Shown here piece after piece: positions 36,337 to 47,665 of a stretch of DNA of 64,000 nucleotides. This DNA comes from an uncultured Actinomycetes bacterium (GTDB lineage Bacteria > Actinomycetota > UBA4738 > HRBIN12): NCBI GenBank assembly GCA_963704725.1, contig OY969934.1:32001-96000 (forward strand). Reading direction: 5' to 3'. Both the position numbers and the translations under genes were made by a program. Position 1 is the stretch's first letter, and every line of letters starts with the position of its first letter. Under the pieces are notes generated by a model, which was given only the letters and a program-made list of their open reading frames with translations, did no database searches and was not told the DNA's origin.

Positions 36337-36964
36337 GCCATCGGGCGAACGGCATCGGCGACGACCCGCCGAGCCCAACTACTCCACGGGCCCCGGCCGC
36401 ACCGCCGATCGCGAAGTGGCGGCGGCACCGCGCCTGGTACTTCTCGGCGCCGCCGATGTTGTCCGGGACCAGGCCGACGTCGCGACTCTCGTCCGCCACG
36501 CGGGTGTGGAAGATGGCCTCGGCGCCGCAGATCACGCAGATCGCGGTCAGCTTGTCCACGCGCTCCGCGAGCGCCATGAGCGAGGGCAGCGGCTCGAACG
36601 GGCGGCCCTCGAACGTGACGTCGAGCCCCGCCACCACCACGACGATCCCACGAGCCGCGAGCTCGCCCACCGCCCCGACGAGGTCCGGCCCGAAGAAGTG
36701 GGCTTCGTCGATCGCGACCATGTCGACGTCGGGTCCCGTGGCCGGCCCGATCTCGCCGGCCGCGGAGATCGCTCGGGACGGCGCCGCCCGTCCGGCGTGC
36801 GAGGCGATCCGATCGGTGCCGGCGCGCGTGTCGAGGACGTGCGTCAGGACGAGCACGCGCTGCCCGGCGATGACCGCTCGCCGCACCCGGCGGAGGAGCT
36901 CCTCGGTCTTGCCGGCGAACATCGGGCCGGCGACGACCTCGACCCGCCCCCTCGTCTCGCTCAC
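36320..36964 (-). CDS. tdk: Thymidine kinase
   Basis: GPMFAGKTEEL, IDEAHF, AGLD..F...PF, KL.A.C..C, GG.E.Y.ARCR.H. Confidence 0.93.
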   Translation of the reverse strand: MSETRGRVEVVAGPMFAGKTEELLRRVRRAVIAGQRVLVLTHVLDTRAGTDRIASHAGRAAPSRAISAAGEIGPATGPDVDMVAIDEAHFFGPDLVGAVGELAARGIVVVVAGLDVTFEGRPFEPLPSLMALAERVDKLTAICVICGAEAIFHTRVADESRDVGLVPDNIGGAEKYQARCRRHFAIGGAAGARGVVGLGGSSPMPFARWLRMRR

Positions 36965-36981
36965 GGCCCCATCTTCCCCGG

Positions 36982-37029
36982 TTGACGGACGGAATTCAAC
37001 AGTTGTAGAGTTCATCCTGCGTTGAATTC
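36982..37029 (+). promoter_or_regulatory. Promoter plus TetR operator for ABC operon
   Basis: TTGACG-N18-TAGAGT; inverted repeat GAATTCAAC(36992)...GTTGAATTC(37029) and AGTTCA-N8-TGAATT overlapping the -10. Confidence 0.7.
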
Positions 37030-37057
37030 AGCGACAACCTCGGAAGGGAGCCACGCG

Positions 37058-38134
37058 ATGTGGGCGATGATCGTGAAGGAGTTCCGGCAGCTGCGGCGCG
37101 ACCGCCGCACGCTCGCGATGATGGTCTTCCTGCCGATCCTCATGCTCGTCGTGTTCGGCTACGCCGCGAGCTTCGACGTCTCCTCGATCGCGGCCGACGT
37201 CGTGGGCCCGCAGGCCGAACGCCTCGCTCCCATGCTCCCCGATCCGTTCGAGGTCCGGAACGTCGACGCCTCGGCCGGCCGGGGCGAGGCGGTCACGGCG
37301 CTTCGCGACGGCGACGTCCCGGTGGCGTTCGTGACGAGCGACACGGGGGTCACGATCCTGCTGGACGGGTCCGAGCTGTTCATCGCCAACGCCGCGAAGG
37401 CGTCGCTGTCCTCGCTCGCCGAGCGCATCCCTGCCGGGATCTCCGCGGAGATCCAGGTGCTGTTCAACGAGAAGCTCGAGACCTCCGCGATCATGGTGCC
37501 CGGCCTTGCAGCGATGATCCTGCTGTTCGTCGGGACCGTCATCACGAGCCTGGGAGTCGTGCGGGAGCGACAGGCCGGCACGCTCGAGCAGCTCGCGGTG
37601 ATGCCGCTGCGGCCCACGGACGTGTTCCTCGGCAAGATCGCCCCCTACTTCGTGGTCGGCGTGGTCGACCTGGCCGTCATCGTCCTCGCCGGGATCTGGC
37701 TCTTCGACGTGCCGTTCCGCGGGTCGGTGCTCGTCCTGGCGCTCGGCGCGCTGCTCTTCATGTTCGTGACGCTCGGGATCGGCGTCCTCATCTCGAGCGT
37801 CTCGCAGAACCAGGGGCAGGCCATCCAGCTCGCGCTCATGACCCTGCTCCCGCAGGTCATGCTGTCCGGGCTGATCTTCCCGCTCTCGTCGATGGCGGCC
37901 GGGGTGCGGTGGATCGGCTACGTGCTGCCGCTCACGTACTTCATCGAGATCTCCCGCGGCGTGATGCTCCGGGGCGCGCCGATCGGCGCCCTGTGGGCGC
38001 CCTTCCTGTACCTCGCGATCATCGGCGCGGTGGTCTTCGGCCTGGCGACGATGCGGTTCCGCCGGTCCCTGGCCCCGGCCCGGACGAGCCGCCGACACAC
38101 GCTCGAGCCCGCGGTCGAGGGGACGGCGCGATGA
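37058..38134 (+). CDS. ABC-2 type exporter permease (YbhS-like)
   Basis: KEFRQL.RDRR, VRER..GTLEQL...P, LSG.IFP, PLTYF. Confidence 0.92.
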   Translation: MWAMIVKEFRQLRRDRRTLAMMVFLPILMLVVFGYAASFDVSSIAADVVGPQAERLAPMLPDPFEVRNVDASAGRGEAVTALRDGDVPVAFVTSDTGVTILLDGSELFIANAAKASLSSLAERIPAGISAEIQVLFNEKLETSAIMVPGLAAMILLFVGTVITSLGVVRERQAGTLEQLAVMPLRPTDVFLGKIAPYFVVGVVDLAVIVLAGIWLFDVPFRGSVLVLALGALLFMFVTLGIGVLISSVSQNQGQAIQLALMTLLPQVMLSGLIFPLSSMAAGVRWIGYVLPLTYFIEISRGVMLRGAPIGALWAPFLYLAIIGAVVFGLATMRFRRSLAPARTSRRHTLEPAVEGTAR

Positions 38135-38976
38135 CCTGGGGCGTGAGGGACGTCACGGTTCGGCTCGGCGGACACATGGCGCTGCAGGGTGTGACGCTCG
38201 AGGCTCCCGGCGGCCGGGTGACCGGCGTGGTGGGAGGAGACGGCGCCGGGAAGACGACGCTGCTGCGATGCCTCGTCGGTGTGCTCTCGCCGGACGCCGG
38301 CGAGGTGCGCCGGCCCGAGCGCCCTCGCATCGGCTACCTGTCCTCGACCTCCGGCACGTATCCCGACCTGTCCGTGCAGGAGAACCTCGCGTTCGCGGCG
38401 TCGGCCTACGGGGTCCCACCCGCCGAGGCGCGCGACCGGGTCTCCGAGTACCTCGAGCGGACGGGGCTCGAGGCCGCCCGGGACCGCCTGGCCGGCAACC
38501 TGTCCGGCGGGATGCGACAGAAGCTCGGCGTGATCCGGGCGATGGTCCACCGCCCCGAGCTCCTGGTGCTCGACGAGCCGACGACCGGCGTGGACCCGGT
38601 GAGCCGGGCCGACCTGTGGTGGCTGATCGCCCGCGCTGCGGCGGACGGAGCGGCGGTCGTGTTCGCCACCGCATACCTGGACGAGGCCGAGCGCGCCTCG
38701 TGGGTGCTGGCCCTCGACGAGGGCCGGGTGCTCGCGGAGGGCACGGCGGACCGCATCGCCGACGGCGTCCCCGGGACCATCCGGACCGCGTCGGCCCGCC
38801 CCGCGGGTGACGCCGGGGCGCGCGCGTGGCGCCGCGGCGCGAGGTGGCGCGTCTGGTCGCCCGAGGAGCCCACGGAGGCGGACGTCGATCGCGTGCGCCC
38901 CGACCTCCACGACGCCGTGACCGTGGCCGCCCTCCGGCGCGAGCTGCCCGGCGAGCTGGGAGGGGAAGCGGCATGA
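38131..38976 (+). CDS. ABC transporter ATP-binding protein
   Basis: GGDGAGKTT, LSGGM, LDEPT; ATGA-coupled. Confidence 0.92.
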   Translation: MTWGVRDVTVRLGGHMALQGVTLEAPGGRVTGVVGGDGAGKTTLLRCLVGVLSPDAGEVRRPERPRIGYLSSTSGTYPDLSVQENLAFAASAYGVPPAEARDRVSEYLERTGLEAARDRLAGNLSGGMRQKLGVIRAMVHRPELLVLDEPTTGVDPVSRADLWWLIARAAADGAAVVFATAYLDEAERASWVLALDEGRVLAEGTADRIADGVPGTIRTASARPAGDAGARAWRRGARWRVWSPEEPTEADVDRVRPDLHDAVTVAALRRELPGELGGEAA

Positions 38977-39839
38977 CTGCGCTCGCCGAGAGCCGGGCCG
39001 TCACGCGGCGCTTCGGACGCGTGGTGGCGGTCGACGCCGTCGATCTCGTCGTGGAACGGGGCGAGGTCGTGGGACTGCTCGGAGCCAACGGCGCGGGCAA
39101 GACGACGCTGATCCGGATCCTCCTCGGGCTCCTGTCGCCGTCGGGCGGCGCGGTTCGGCTGTTCGGGACGGCGCCCTCGCGCGAGACGCGGCGGCGGATC
39201 GGGTACGTGCCGCAGGGCCTGGGGCTGTACGACGACCTCACGCCGGAGGAGAACCTGGCGTTCGCGCACGCCGCGTTCGGGGGCGAGCGGGCCGAGCTCC
39301 CGGCGGGCCTCCGCTCCCTGGCCCGCGTCCCGGTGGGGCGGCTGTCGCTCGGCGTCCAGCGCCGGGTGGCGTTCGCGCAGGCGTTGGCGCACCGGCCCGA
39401 CCTGCTCGTCCTCGACGAGCCGACCTCGGGCGTCGACCCGCTCGCTCGGGCCCGGCTGTGGGAGACGATCCGGGAGGCGGCCGACGAGGGAGCCGGCGTG
39501 CTCGTCACGACGCACCACATGGACGAGGCCGAGGAGTGCGACCGCCTGGTCGTGATGGCCGACGGCCGCGTCGTGGCCGAGGGCACCGTCGCCGAGATCG
39601 TCGGCCGGGCGCGCGTCGTCGTGGTCGAGACGGATGCGTGGGGGCGCGCGTTCGAGGCGATCGAGCGGGCGGGTCGCTCGGCCGCCCTCGTGGGACGGAC
39701 CCTGCGCGTCGTCGACGCGACCGTCGCCGACGTGGAGCGTGCGCTCCGGGGCGTCGATGCCCGGATCCGCGAGGACGCGGCCACGCTCGAGGAGCGCTTC
39801 CTGGAGCTGACGGTCTCGGGCCGCCGGGGCGCGGCATGA
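38973..39839 (+). CDS. ABC transporter ATP-binding protein
   Basis: GANGAGKTT, LSLG signature, LDEPT, TTHHMDEA; ATGA-coupled. Confidence 0.92.
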   Translation: MTALAESRAVTRRFGRVVAVDAVDLVVERGEVVGLLGANGAGKTTLIRILLGLLSPSGGAVRLFGTAPSRETRRRIGYVPQGLGLYDDLTPEENLAFAHAAFGGERAELPAGLRSLARVPVGRLSLGVQRRVAFAQALAHRPDLLVLDEPTSGVDPLARARLWETIREAADEGAGVLVTTHHMDEAEECDRLVVMADGRVVAEGTVAEIVGRARVVVVETDAWGRAFEAIERAGRSAALVGRTLRVVDATVADVERALRGVDARIREDAATLEERFLELTVSGRRGAA

Positions 39840-40513
39840 GCCCGGCCGCCGGACGGACCGGTCGGCGCGCCGGCGACAGCGGCACGCGCGAGGCGATCCT
39901 GGAGGCCGCCCGCGGCCGGTTCGCCGACCACGGCTACGACGGGGCCACGATCCGCGCCATCGCCGCCGACGCCGGCGTCGATCCCGCGCTGGTGCACCAC
40001 TTCTACGGGACGAAGGAGCGGCTGTTCGTCGCCGCGATGCGATTCCCCATCGTCCCCAGCGAGGTGATCGGCCGGGTTGCGGCCGTCGAGCGGGGGCACC
40101 TGGGCGAGACGATCGTGCGGACCGTGCTCGGCGTCTGGGAGCGGGAGGAGACGCGCGCGCAGTCCGTCGCGCTCTTGCGCTCGGCCGTCACGAACGAGCG
40201 GGCCGCCGACATGGTCCGCGGGTTCGTCACGAGCGCGATCCTCGGCTCGATCGCCACGGTCGCCCACGACGACGAGCCCGAGTACCGCGCCTCGCTGGTC
40301 GCGAGCCAGATCCTCGGCCTGGGGATCGCCCGCTACGTCGTCCGCCTGGAGCCGCTCGCGAGCGCCGGCGAGGAGGACCTCGTCGCGGCGATCGCGCCGA
40401 CCTTGCAGCGGTATCTGACCGGCAAGGTTCGGAGCTCCGCCGCCGGGCGGCGGCCGGCTCGGGCTCGGCCGGCCGGCCACGGCCGCGCCGAGTCCCGGCC
40501 GGCGACCCGCTAG
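39836..40513 (+). CDS. TetR family regulator
   Basis: TREAILEAA..RFA..GY...TIRAIA.DAGVDPALVHHFYGTKE.LF; APTLQRYL. Confidence 0.92.
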   Translation: MSPAAGRTGRRAGDSGTREAILEAARGRFADHGYDGATIRAIAADAGVDPALVHHFYGTKERLFVAAMRFPIVPSEVIGRVAAVERGHLGETIVRTVLGVWEREETRAQSVALLRSAVTNERAADMVRGFVTSAILGSIATVAHDDEPEYRASLVASQILGLGIARYVVRLEPLASAGEEDLVAAIAPTLQRYLTGKVRSSAAGRRPARARPAGHGRAESRPATR

Positions 40514-41693
40514 ACCGACCGCAGCGCCTCCGTGGGCGACAGGCGGGCCGCCCGCCAGGCCGGGTACAGACCCGCGACCGCCCCGATCACGAGCGCCGCG
40601 GCGACGCCCGCCCCGAGCCCGGCGACGGGGACCACCACCGACCAGTCCCGGGTGCCGGCGTAGACCGCCGTCACCCCGGCCCCGAGCGCCGCCCCCGCCA
40701 GGCCTCCCACGGCCGACAGGATCAGCGACTCCGTCAGGAACTGCGCCCACACGTGGCGCTTCGTCGCGCCGAGCGCCCGTCGCAGACCGATCTCCTGGCG
40801 CCGCTCGAGGACCCCGATGACCATCACGTTCGCGATGCCCACCCCGCCCACGAGGAGCGCCACCGCGCCGAGACCGAGAAGGAGCGACGTGAACGCGTCG
40901 TCGGCCGCCGCCCGCGCCTCGAGCGCGTCGGAGGGCCGGGCCACCGAGACCTCCTCCGGGCTCTCGGGGTTCACCGTGGACGCCAGCACGCCGCGGACGG
41001 ACTCGACGTCCTCGGGATCGGCCCGGACGTAGATCTGGCTCGCGCTCTCGTCCGCGTCGAACAGTCGCTCGGCGGCGGGCCGGCCGATGATGGCGCTGCG
41101 GTCGAGGTCGGGCGAGAGCGGCAGCGCCTCGAGGATGCCGACGACCGTGAACCACCGGTCGCCGACCCACACGGCCACCCCCGTCCGCGTGATGCCGAGC
41201 CGTTCGGCCGCGACGCTCCCCAACACGACCGCGGGGTATCGCGCCGTGGCCTCGTTGAGGAACGCGCCCTCGGCCACCGTACCGCTCAACGTGTCGAGCA
41301 GGTCGACGTCGGCCGCCACCACCGAGAGGCCGTTCGTCTCGGTCTCGGGGACGGCGTCGGACCGGTAGACGTTCGCGCTCACGCTCGTCGTCCCACTCGC
41401 CGCCTGGACCGGGCCGATCCGCCGCACCATCTCCTCGGAGGGCTCGGGCAGGCTCGAGCTCTCGCCGAACACGGAGTTGCCCGCGCTCACGGTGAGCAGG
41501 TTCGTGCCGAGCTCATCGAGCTGGGCCAGCAGGTCCGCCCGGCTCGAGTCGCTGATGCCCAGGACCGCCACCATCGACGCGATCCCGATCGCGATGCCGA
41601 GCGCCGACAGCGCGGCCCGGAGCCGGCGCGTGCGGAGCCCCACCGCTCCCACGCGGAACAGGTCGGCCAGCGACAGCGTGGTCGAGGCCGCGC

Positions 41694-41697
<4 letters not shown>
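40510..41697 (-). CDS. MacB/FtsX-like ABC permease
   Basis: LSALGIAIG, LG.NLL.V, VGGVGIANVM...VLERR.EIGLRRALGA, P.EALR. Confidence 0.93.
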
Positions 41698-42409
<712 letters not shown>

Positions 42410-42413
<4 letters not shown>

Positions 42414-43477
42414 GAGGCGGTCACCACCTCGAGGCCCTCCGAGACGCCATCGCCGGTCACCTCGACGAACCCGTCAGCGAAGTCGCCGGTGTCGACGGCG
42501 ACGAGGTGCGTCGCACCGCCGCCGTCCACGACCTCGAGCGCGAACCCGCCCTCGGCCAGCGCGAGGAGCCCCTCGACCGGGACGGCCAGCACGCCCTGGG
42601 CCCGGGAGGTCTCGACGTCGACGTCCACGGGAGCTTCGTCGAGGTCGGTGTCGACGTCGCCCGCGAGGCGGATCGTCACCTCGACGGTCGGATCCGCCGT
42701 GGGATCGTCAGGGTTGGTCTCCGCGACGCGCGAGACGAACGACACGCGTCCGCCGATCCGCTGGCCGCTCGGCAGCTCGACCCGGACCCGATCCCCCTTG
42801 GCGACGAGGTCCTGATCGGTGGCATCGAGGTCGAGCGTCACGACGCGCTCGAGGGACGACGTCGTCGCGACCTGGACGGCGGCCGCCACGCCCTGGCCGA
42901 TCTCGAGCGTGTGCGACCCCATGCGGCGGGCGGTGGGGAAGAACGCCACGTCTCCGAGCTCGACCACACCGGTCCGGTCCAGCCCGAGATCCTCCTGCCA
43001 GTCGCGGACGGCCTCGGCCGTGTCCGAGTCGAACTCGCCCGTCACCTCGAGGTCGCCGCCATCGTCGAACCCCAACGCGAGCAGGTTGCGCTGGAGCTGT
43101 CGGACGTCGAGCCCTTCATCGCCGGACGACAGCGCCCGGTACGCCGGCATCTCGCCGATCATCAGCACCACCGGCCGGTCGTCCACCTCGTACAGGACGT
43201 CCCCCCGGCGGAGCTCGGCGCCCTCCTCGGCGATCCACGTGAGGGTTCCCGAGCGCCCGGCGGTCAGGGCTCGCTCGTCCGCGTACCCGAGCGACCCGTC
43301 GAACGTCTCGCGCTCGACGAGATCGCGCCGCTCCACCGCGGCGGTCGCGAGGTCGTTGGAGTCCTCGGCGGCCGCCGCCTGGCTCGAACCGTCGCCGGAG
43401 AAGGCGAACCACCCGACGGCGCCGGCGGCCATCACCGCCACCGCGCCGGCGGCCAGCCACCGCTTAGTTGCCGTCAT
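42410..43477 (-). CDS. Membrane-fusion adaptor with peptidoglycan-binding domain
   Basis: N-terminal TM; G.DV.QLQ.NL..LGF...G.F...T..AV..WQ..LGL..TG; VLAVPV..L. Confidence 0.85.
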
Positions 43478-44069
43478 CGCCGTTCACCACCCTCTGGCCG
43501 CCGCCGGGAAGGACGTCGTCGAGGATCGGGCGGCACGCCTCGTCGGCCACCTGGAAGTCCGAATCCTGCGGATCGATGCCGTCGCCGCCCTGCTGGATGA
43601 ATCCGCCGTTGCCCGAGAAGTCCGGGTCGGGCATGTCGATCCCGTGATCGCGCATGCACTGCGCGTACTCGACCATCGCGTCCTGGAAGGCGGCCTGGTC
43701 CTCAGGCGAGATCTGCCCCGGCCCCTCGCCCCGCGGCAGCAGCTCCTGGCACGCGTCCATCGCGTCCGCGATCTGCTCGCGGTCCGCGTCGCTGGGCGGC
43801 CCCCCGCCGCCGCCGCCGACGCCGATCGTGATCCCGCCGTCCTCGCCGATCGTCGGGTCGGGGAAGTCCTCGATCCCGTTGTCGCGCATGCACTGGGCGA
43901 AGTCGGCGAGCGCGTCCTCCGGGTCGACCGACGGGCTCGCGCTCGGCGAGCTCGAGGGGTCCTCGCCTCCCTGCAGCGTCGCCACGCCGTCGCCCTGCTC
44001 GCTCCCGCACGCGACGAGCGCGAGCGACAGTGCCGCGACGAGCGCGAGCGTCTTCCACACCTTCCTCAT
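43464..44069 (-). CDS. Lipoprotein with two (F/Y)AQCMRD.GI..PDP...C repeats
   Basis: Lipobox LVAC; duplicated Cys-pair motif; GAGGAGG RBS. Confidence 0.85.
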   Translation of the reverse strand: MRKVWKTLALVAALSLALVACGSEQGDGVATLQGGEDPSSSPSASPSVDPEDALADFAQCMRDNGIEDFPDPTIGEDGGITIGVGGGGGGPPSDADREQIADAMDACQELLPRGEGPGQISPEDQAAFQDAMVEYAQCMRDHGIDMPDPDFSGNGGFIQQGGDGIDPQDSDFQVADEACRPILDDVLPGGGQRVVNGDDGN

Positions 44070-44118
44070 GCGGGCGTCCCTCCTCGTTCGGATTCCACCG
44101 GCAGTGAACCGGGCATGC

Positions 44119-44157
44119 GTGAGCGCTCGATGAAGCGGGGCTGAGAGGGGGCTGAGA
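44119..44157 (-). promoter_or_regulatory. MprA-type box upstream of lipoprotein/ABC operon
   Basis: Minus strand TCTCAG-N5-TCTCAG-N5-CTTCAT-N5-GCTCAC. Confidence 0.75.
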
Positions 44158-44167
44158 CGGGGCGCGG

Positions 44168-45499
44168 TCAGGGGGGAGGCGGGAGCTCCGTGCCCGAGGC
44201 GGGAAGCTCGACCCGGACGATCGCCCCACCGTCGTCGGCGTTCGTCGCGAAGACCCGGCCGCCGTGTGACTCGACGACCTGTCGCACGATCGCCAGCCCG
44301 AGCCCGGAGCCGGGCTTGGAGCGCGCCGCGGTGGATCGGTAGAACCGATCGAACACGTGCGGCAGGTCCTCGCGCGGGAACCCCGAGCCGTGGTCACGAA
44401 CGGTGAGCACGCCGTCGCGCACCGCGACCTCGATCACCCCGTCCGGTGGACTCCACTTCTCCGCGTTGTCGAGCAGGTTCCGCGCGGCTCGATCGATCCG
44501 GGAGGCGTCCCCGACCACCACACAGGGGTCCAGGTCGGAGACGACCCGCACGTCGCGGACGCGACGCTCGAACGCCCGCACCGCCCCCGCCACCACCCGG
44601 TCGAGCCGGACGTCCCCGAGCACGGCCGGTTGCGCGCCGTCGCGTGCGAGCTCGACGAGGTCGTTCACGGTCGTGGTCAGCTCCTCGAGCTGGTCCGTGA
44701 GATCACGGAGCAGCCGCTCGCGCTCGGCCGGCCCGAGCTCGGCGCCGCTGGCCAGCACGTCGATGTTCGTCCGGATGCTCGTGATCGGCGTGCGAAGCTC
44801 GTGCGACGCGTCGGCCACGAGCTGCTTCTGCGCGCCCACCGACGCCTCCAGCGCCGCCAGCATCCCGTTGAAGGTCGTGGCGAGGCGGCCGATCTCGTCG
44901 TCCCCGGCCGGCGGCGCGTCGATCCGGTGCGAGAGGTCGCCCGTCTCGGTGACCCGCTCCGCCGCCTCGGTCAGCCGCCGGACGGGACCGACCGCCGCAG
45001 CCGAGACCCCACCGCCCAGAGCGACCGCAAGGGCGACTCCCCCGCCGGCCACCACGAGGAGGATGAGCGCGAGCCGACGGAGGGACCGGTCGACGTCGGT
45101 GAGCGGAGCGGCAAGCGTGAGCGTGAATCCGCCGATGCCCTCCGTGTACACGCGGTAGTGAATCCCCGAGACGTCCTGGTCGTTCATCGTGGGGGGGCCG
45201 GGCGAGGCGGCCGGGAACTCCGGCCCGCCGCCGACGCGGATCACGGCACCCCGCGGCGTCTCCACCTGCATGTAGAAGACGCGGTCGCCGGCGAGCGGCG
45301 CCGGCACCGAGACCGATCCGCCGACCACCTGCGGCAGCGGCGCGCGTTGGTGGATGAGGTCCGCTCGCGCCCGGAGCTCGTCATCGACCTCGCCCCGGAG
45401 CTGCGCCCGGACGACGAACCACGATGCGAGGGAGGCCAGCACGACCGCGACGGCGACGGCCGCGGCGGCCGACACCGTGAGCCGGCGGCGGAAGGTCAC
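44168..45499 (-). CDS. MprB-like HAMP sensor histidine kinase
   Basis: [39 protein letters not shown]; GTGA-coupled to regulator. Confidence 0.95.
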   Translation of the reverse strand: MTFRRRLTVSAAAAVAVAVVLASLASWFVVRAQLRGEVDDELRARADLIHQRAPLPQVVGGSVSVPAPLAGDRVFYMQVETPRGAVIRVGGGPEFPAASPGPPTMNDQDVSGIHYRVYTEGIGGFTLTLAAPLTDVDRSLRRLALILLVVAGGGVALAVALGGGVSAAAVGPVRRLTEAAERVTETGDLSHRIDAPPAGDDEIGRLATTFNGMLAALEASVGAQKQLVADASHELRTPITSIRTNIDVLASGAELGPAERERLLRDLTDQLEELTTTVNDLVELARDGAQPAVLGDVRLDRVVAGAVRAFERRVRDVRVVSDLDPCVVVGDASRIDRAARNLLDNAEKWSPPDGVIEVAVRDGVLTVRDHGSGFPREDLPHVFDRFYRSTAARSKPGSGLGLAIVRQVVESHGGRVFATNADDGGAIVRVELPASGTELPPPP

Positions 45500-46176
45500 G
45501 GCGCCTCCTTCATCACGTAGCCGACCCCCCGGACGGTGTGGATCAGGCGCGGCTCTCCGTTCGCCTCCGTCTTGCGCCGCAGGTACCCCACGTACACCTC
45601 GAGCGCGTTCGACGTCGGCCCGAAGTCGTAGCCCCACACGCGATCGAAGATCACCTCTCGCGTGAGCACCCGGCGCGGGTTGAGGAGGAAGAGCTCCAGG
45701 AGCAGGTACTCGGTCCTCGTGAGGTCGATCGCCCGGTCGTCGCGACGGACCTCGTGGGTCACCGGATCCAGCGTGAGCCCGGCGAACACGAGCGGCTTCT
45801 CGTCGGCGTTGGGCACCGTGCGCCGGAGCAGGGCGCGGATCCTCGCCAGCAGCTCCTCCAGGGCGAACGGCTTGACCAGGTAGTCGTCGGCCCCGGCGTC
45901 GAGGCCCTCCACGCGGTCGCCGACCGCGTCGCGGGCGGTGAGCATGAGCACCGGCGTCCGATCGCCCGAGGCGCGGAGCTCACGGCAGGCCCCGAGACCG
46001 TCGAGCCGCGGCATCAAGATGTCGAGCACGACGACGTCGGGCGCGTCGGCCGCCATGCGTTCGAGCCCGTCGCGCCCGTCGACCGCGGTCGTCACGCCGT
46101 ACCCGTTGGAGCGGAGCGCGCGCTCGAGCGCATCGCGCACGGCCGGCTCGTCGTCGACGACCAGCACCTTCATCAC
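45496..46176 (-). CDS. MprA-like OmpR-family response regulator
   Basis: [64 protein letters not shown]. Confidence 0.95.
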   Translation of the reverse strand: MMKVLVVDDEPAVRDALERALRSNGYGVTTAVDGRDGLERMAADAPDVVVLDILMPRLDGLGACRELRASGDRTPVLMLTARDAVGDRVEGLDAGADDYLVKPFALEELLARIRALLRRTVPNADEKPLVFAGLTLDPVTHEVRRDDRAIDLTRTEYLLLELFLLNPRRVLTREVIFDRVWGYDFGPTSNALEVYVGYLRRKTEANGEPRLIHTVRGVGYVMKEAP

Positions 46177-46198
46177 GGCTCCAGTGTGCCCGAACGCG

Positions 46199-46220
46199 CT
46201 GAGAGCGGAATGAGAGCGGA
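46199..46220 (-). promoter_or_regulatory. MprA-type autoregulatory box
   Basis: Minus strand TCTCAT-TCCGC-TCTCAG (TGAGAGCGGA twice at 11-bp period); CACACT 6 bp before the GTG start. Confidence 0.7.
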
Positions 46221-46226
46221 CACGGA

Positions 46227-46258
46227 GCGATCCCCGGCCGCGGGTCGCCGGGGATCGC
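46227..46258 (-). terminator. Hairpin downstream of 46290..47126
   Basis: GCGATCCCCGGC-N8-GCCGGGGATCGC, no U-tract. Confidence 0.5.
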
Positions 46259-46289
46259 GTTCGGAGCGCCCTGGGGGAGAGGGAGGCAG

Positions 46290-47126
46290 CTACAGGGACG
46301 ACTCCGCCGTGTCGGTGGTCGAGCGGTCGAAGTGCCCGCCGAACATCCCGCGGCCCGGACCGCCCGGCATGGGGGGGAAGGGGAACGGCGCGAGATCTCC
46401 GTTCACGATCGCGCCCGCCTGGTCGTGGAGGTCCGCCGCGCGCTCGTCGGCCTCGTCGCTAGTGATCCACCCGTTCCGGGTGGCCGCGTCGAGCCGGTCC
46501 TGGAGCGCGCCGACGATCGCGTCGACCACGTCCGACACCGCGACCCCGTGGTCCTCGGCGACCTCGGCCACCGTCGCGCCGCTCGCGACCTCCGACAGGA
46601 GCTCGGCCGGCCTGATGCCGATCGCGTCGGCGGCCGCGGCGAGGGGCCCGTCGGCGAACCCCCACAGGCCGGGATGACCGACGATCGGCATCCGGACGTC
46701 GGGCATCGGGAGGTCGCCGTTCACGAGATCGGTCACGCGCTGCTCGAGATCGGCCGCGCGCTCGTCCGCCTCCTGTTGGCTGAGCACGCCGTCCTGCACG
46801 AGCCGGTCCAGCCGGGCGCGCTCGTCCGCCACGATCGCGTCGACCACGTCGGCGGGATCGATGCCGTGCGCCTCCGCCACGTCGGCGATCGTGCGACCGT
46901 CGCGGAGGGCCGAAACGAGGGTGGCCGGCTCGACGCCGATGGCGTCCGCGGCGGCCGCGAGCGGCCCGTCCCCGAGGAAGCGGTCGCAGATGGCCGTCAC
47001 CGGCCCGTCGCCAGCCGGGGATGCGGCCAGCCCGAGCCCCGGGGTGAAGACGACGGCGCCGACGACCATGCCCACGGTCACCGAGCCCGCCACCATCCCC
47101 GCCATCACCAGCTTCCGACCGGCCAT
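46290..47126 (-). CDS. Exported helical protein with two about 90-aa repeats
   Basis: N-terminal TM/signal; [14 protein letters not shown]...G.T.A.VAE.HG...DVVDAIV...EADERAADL...VNGDL twice; AGGAG RBS. Confidence 0.8.
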   Translation of the reverse strand: MAGRKLVMAGMVAGSVTVGMVVGAVVFTPGLGLAASPAGDGPVTAICDRFLGDGPLAAAADAIGVEPATLVSALRDGRTIADVAEAHGIDPADVVDAIVADERARLDRLVQDGVLSQQEADERAADLEQRVTDLVNGDLPMPDVRMPIVGHPGLWGFADGPLAAAADAIGIRPAELLSEVASGATVAEVAEDHGVAVSDVVDAIVGALQDRLDAATRNGWITSDEADERAADLHDQAGAIVNGDLAPFPFPPMPGGPGRGMFGGHFDRSTTDTAESSL

Positions 47127-47182
47127 CGAGGGCTCCTTCCTCCGGTGGATCGATCCGTTCACACCCAGGGTCCCCCCGACGT

Positions 47183-47221
47183 GTGAGGAGAGCCTGAGAG
47201 GGGGGTGAAGGTTCGCTGACC
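47183..47221 (-). promoter_or_regulatory. MprA-type direct-repeat array in divergent intergenic region
   Basis: Plus-strand GTGAGG 47183, CTGAGA 47194, GTGAAG 47205, CTGACC 47216 at 11-bp period. Confidence 0.65.
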
Positions 47222-47320
47222 GCCTCACTCACAGCGGACGCCCAGGGTCCTCCTCGTGCGCTCCCAGCTCCGGGTGGTGCCATCGGTCGAGAGACGGAGC
47301 CGACGACGGAGGACCACGAG

Positions 47321-47665
47321 ATGAACGACCGATCGACGAGCATGCCCGGTGGGGCGACCGCCCTCCGGCTGCCCCCGCCCCCGAGGCCCGCGAACCCCGC
47401 ACCACGGCGGCGACCCCGGCGGCGACACCCCGCGGCGCGCTCGAGGCTCGTCACCGGCGCGATCAGCGCTCTGGCGTTCCTCGGACTCGGCGGCGCCATG
47501 GCCGCGAACGCCGTCCCGAGCGGGACCACGAGTCAGGAGCGGGCCGGCGGAGCGGACGCCGCGACCGGCGAAACCACGGTCTCGTCCCAGGATCTGCTGA
47601 CGGGAGCTCAGCCCGCGGCTCCCGTCTTCGGCCAGACACCGACGAGCACCAGCGGTGGCAGCTGA
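47321..47665 (+). CDS. Small Arg-rich/TM protein with disordered tail ending in SGGS (candidate flavinylation substrate)
   Basis: GGAGG RBS; RRRPRRR then hydrophobic helix; stop overlaps ApbE start. Confidence 0.7.
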   Translation: MNDRSTSMPGGATALRLPPPPRPANPAPRRRPRRRHPAARSRLVTGAISALAFLGLGGAMAANAVPSGTTSQERAGGADAATGETTVSSQDLLTGAQPAAPVFGQTPTSTSGGS

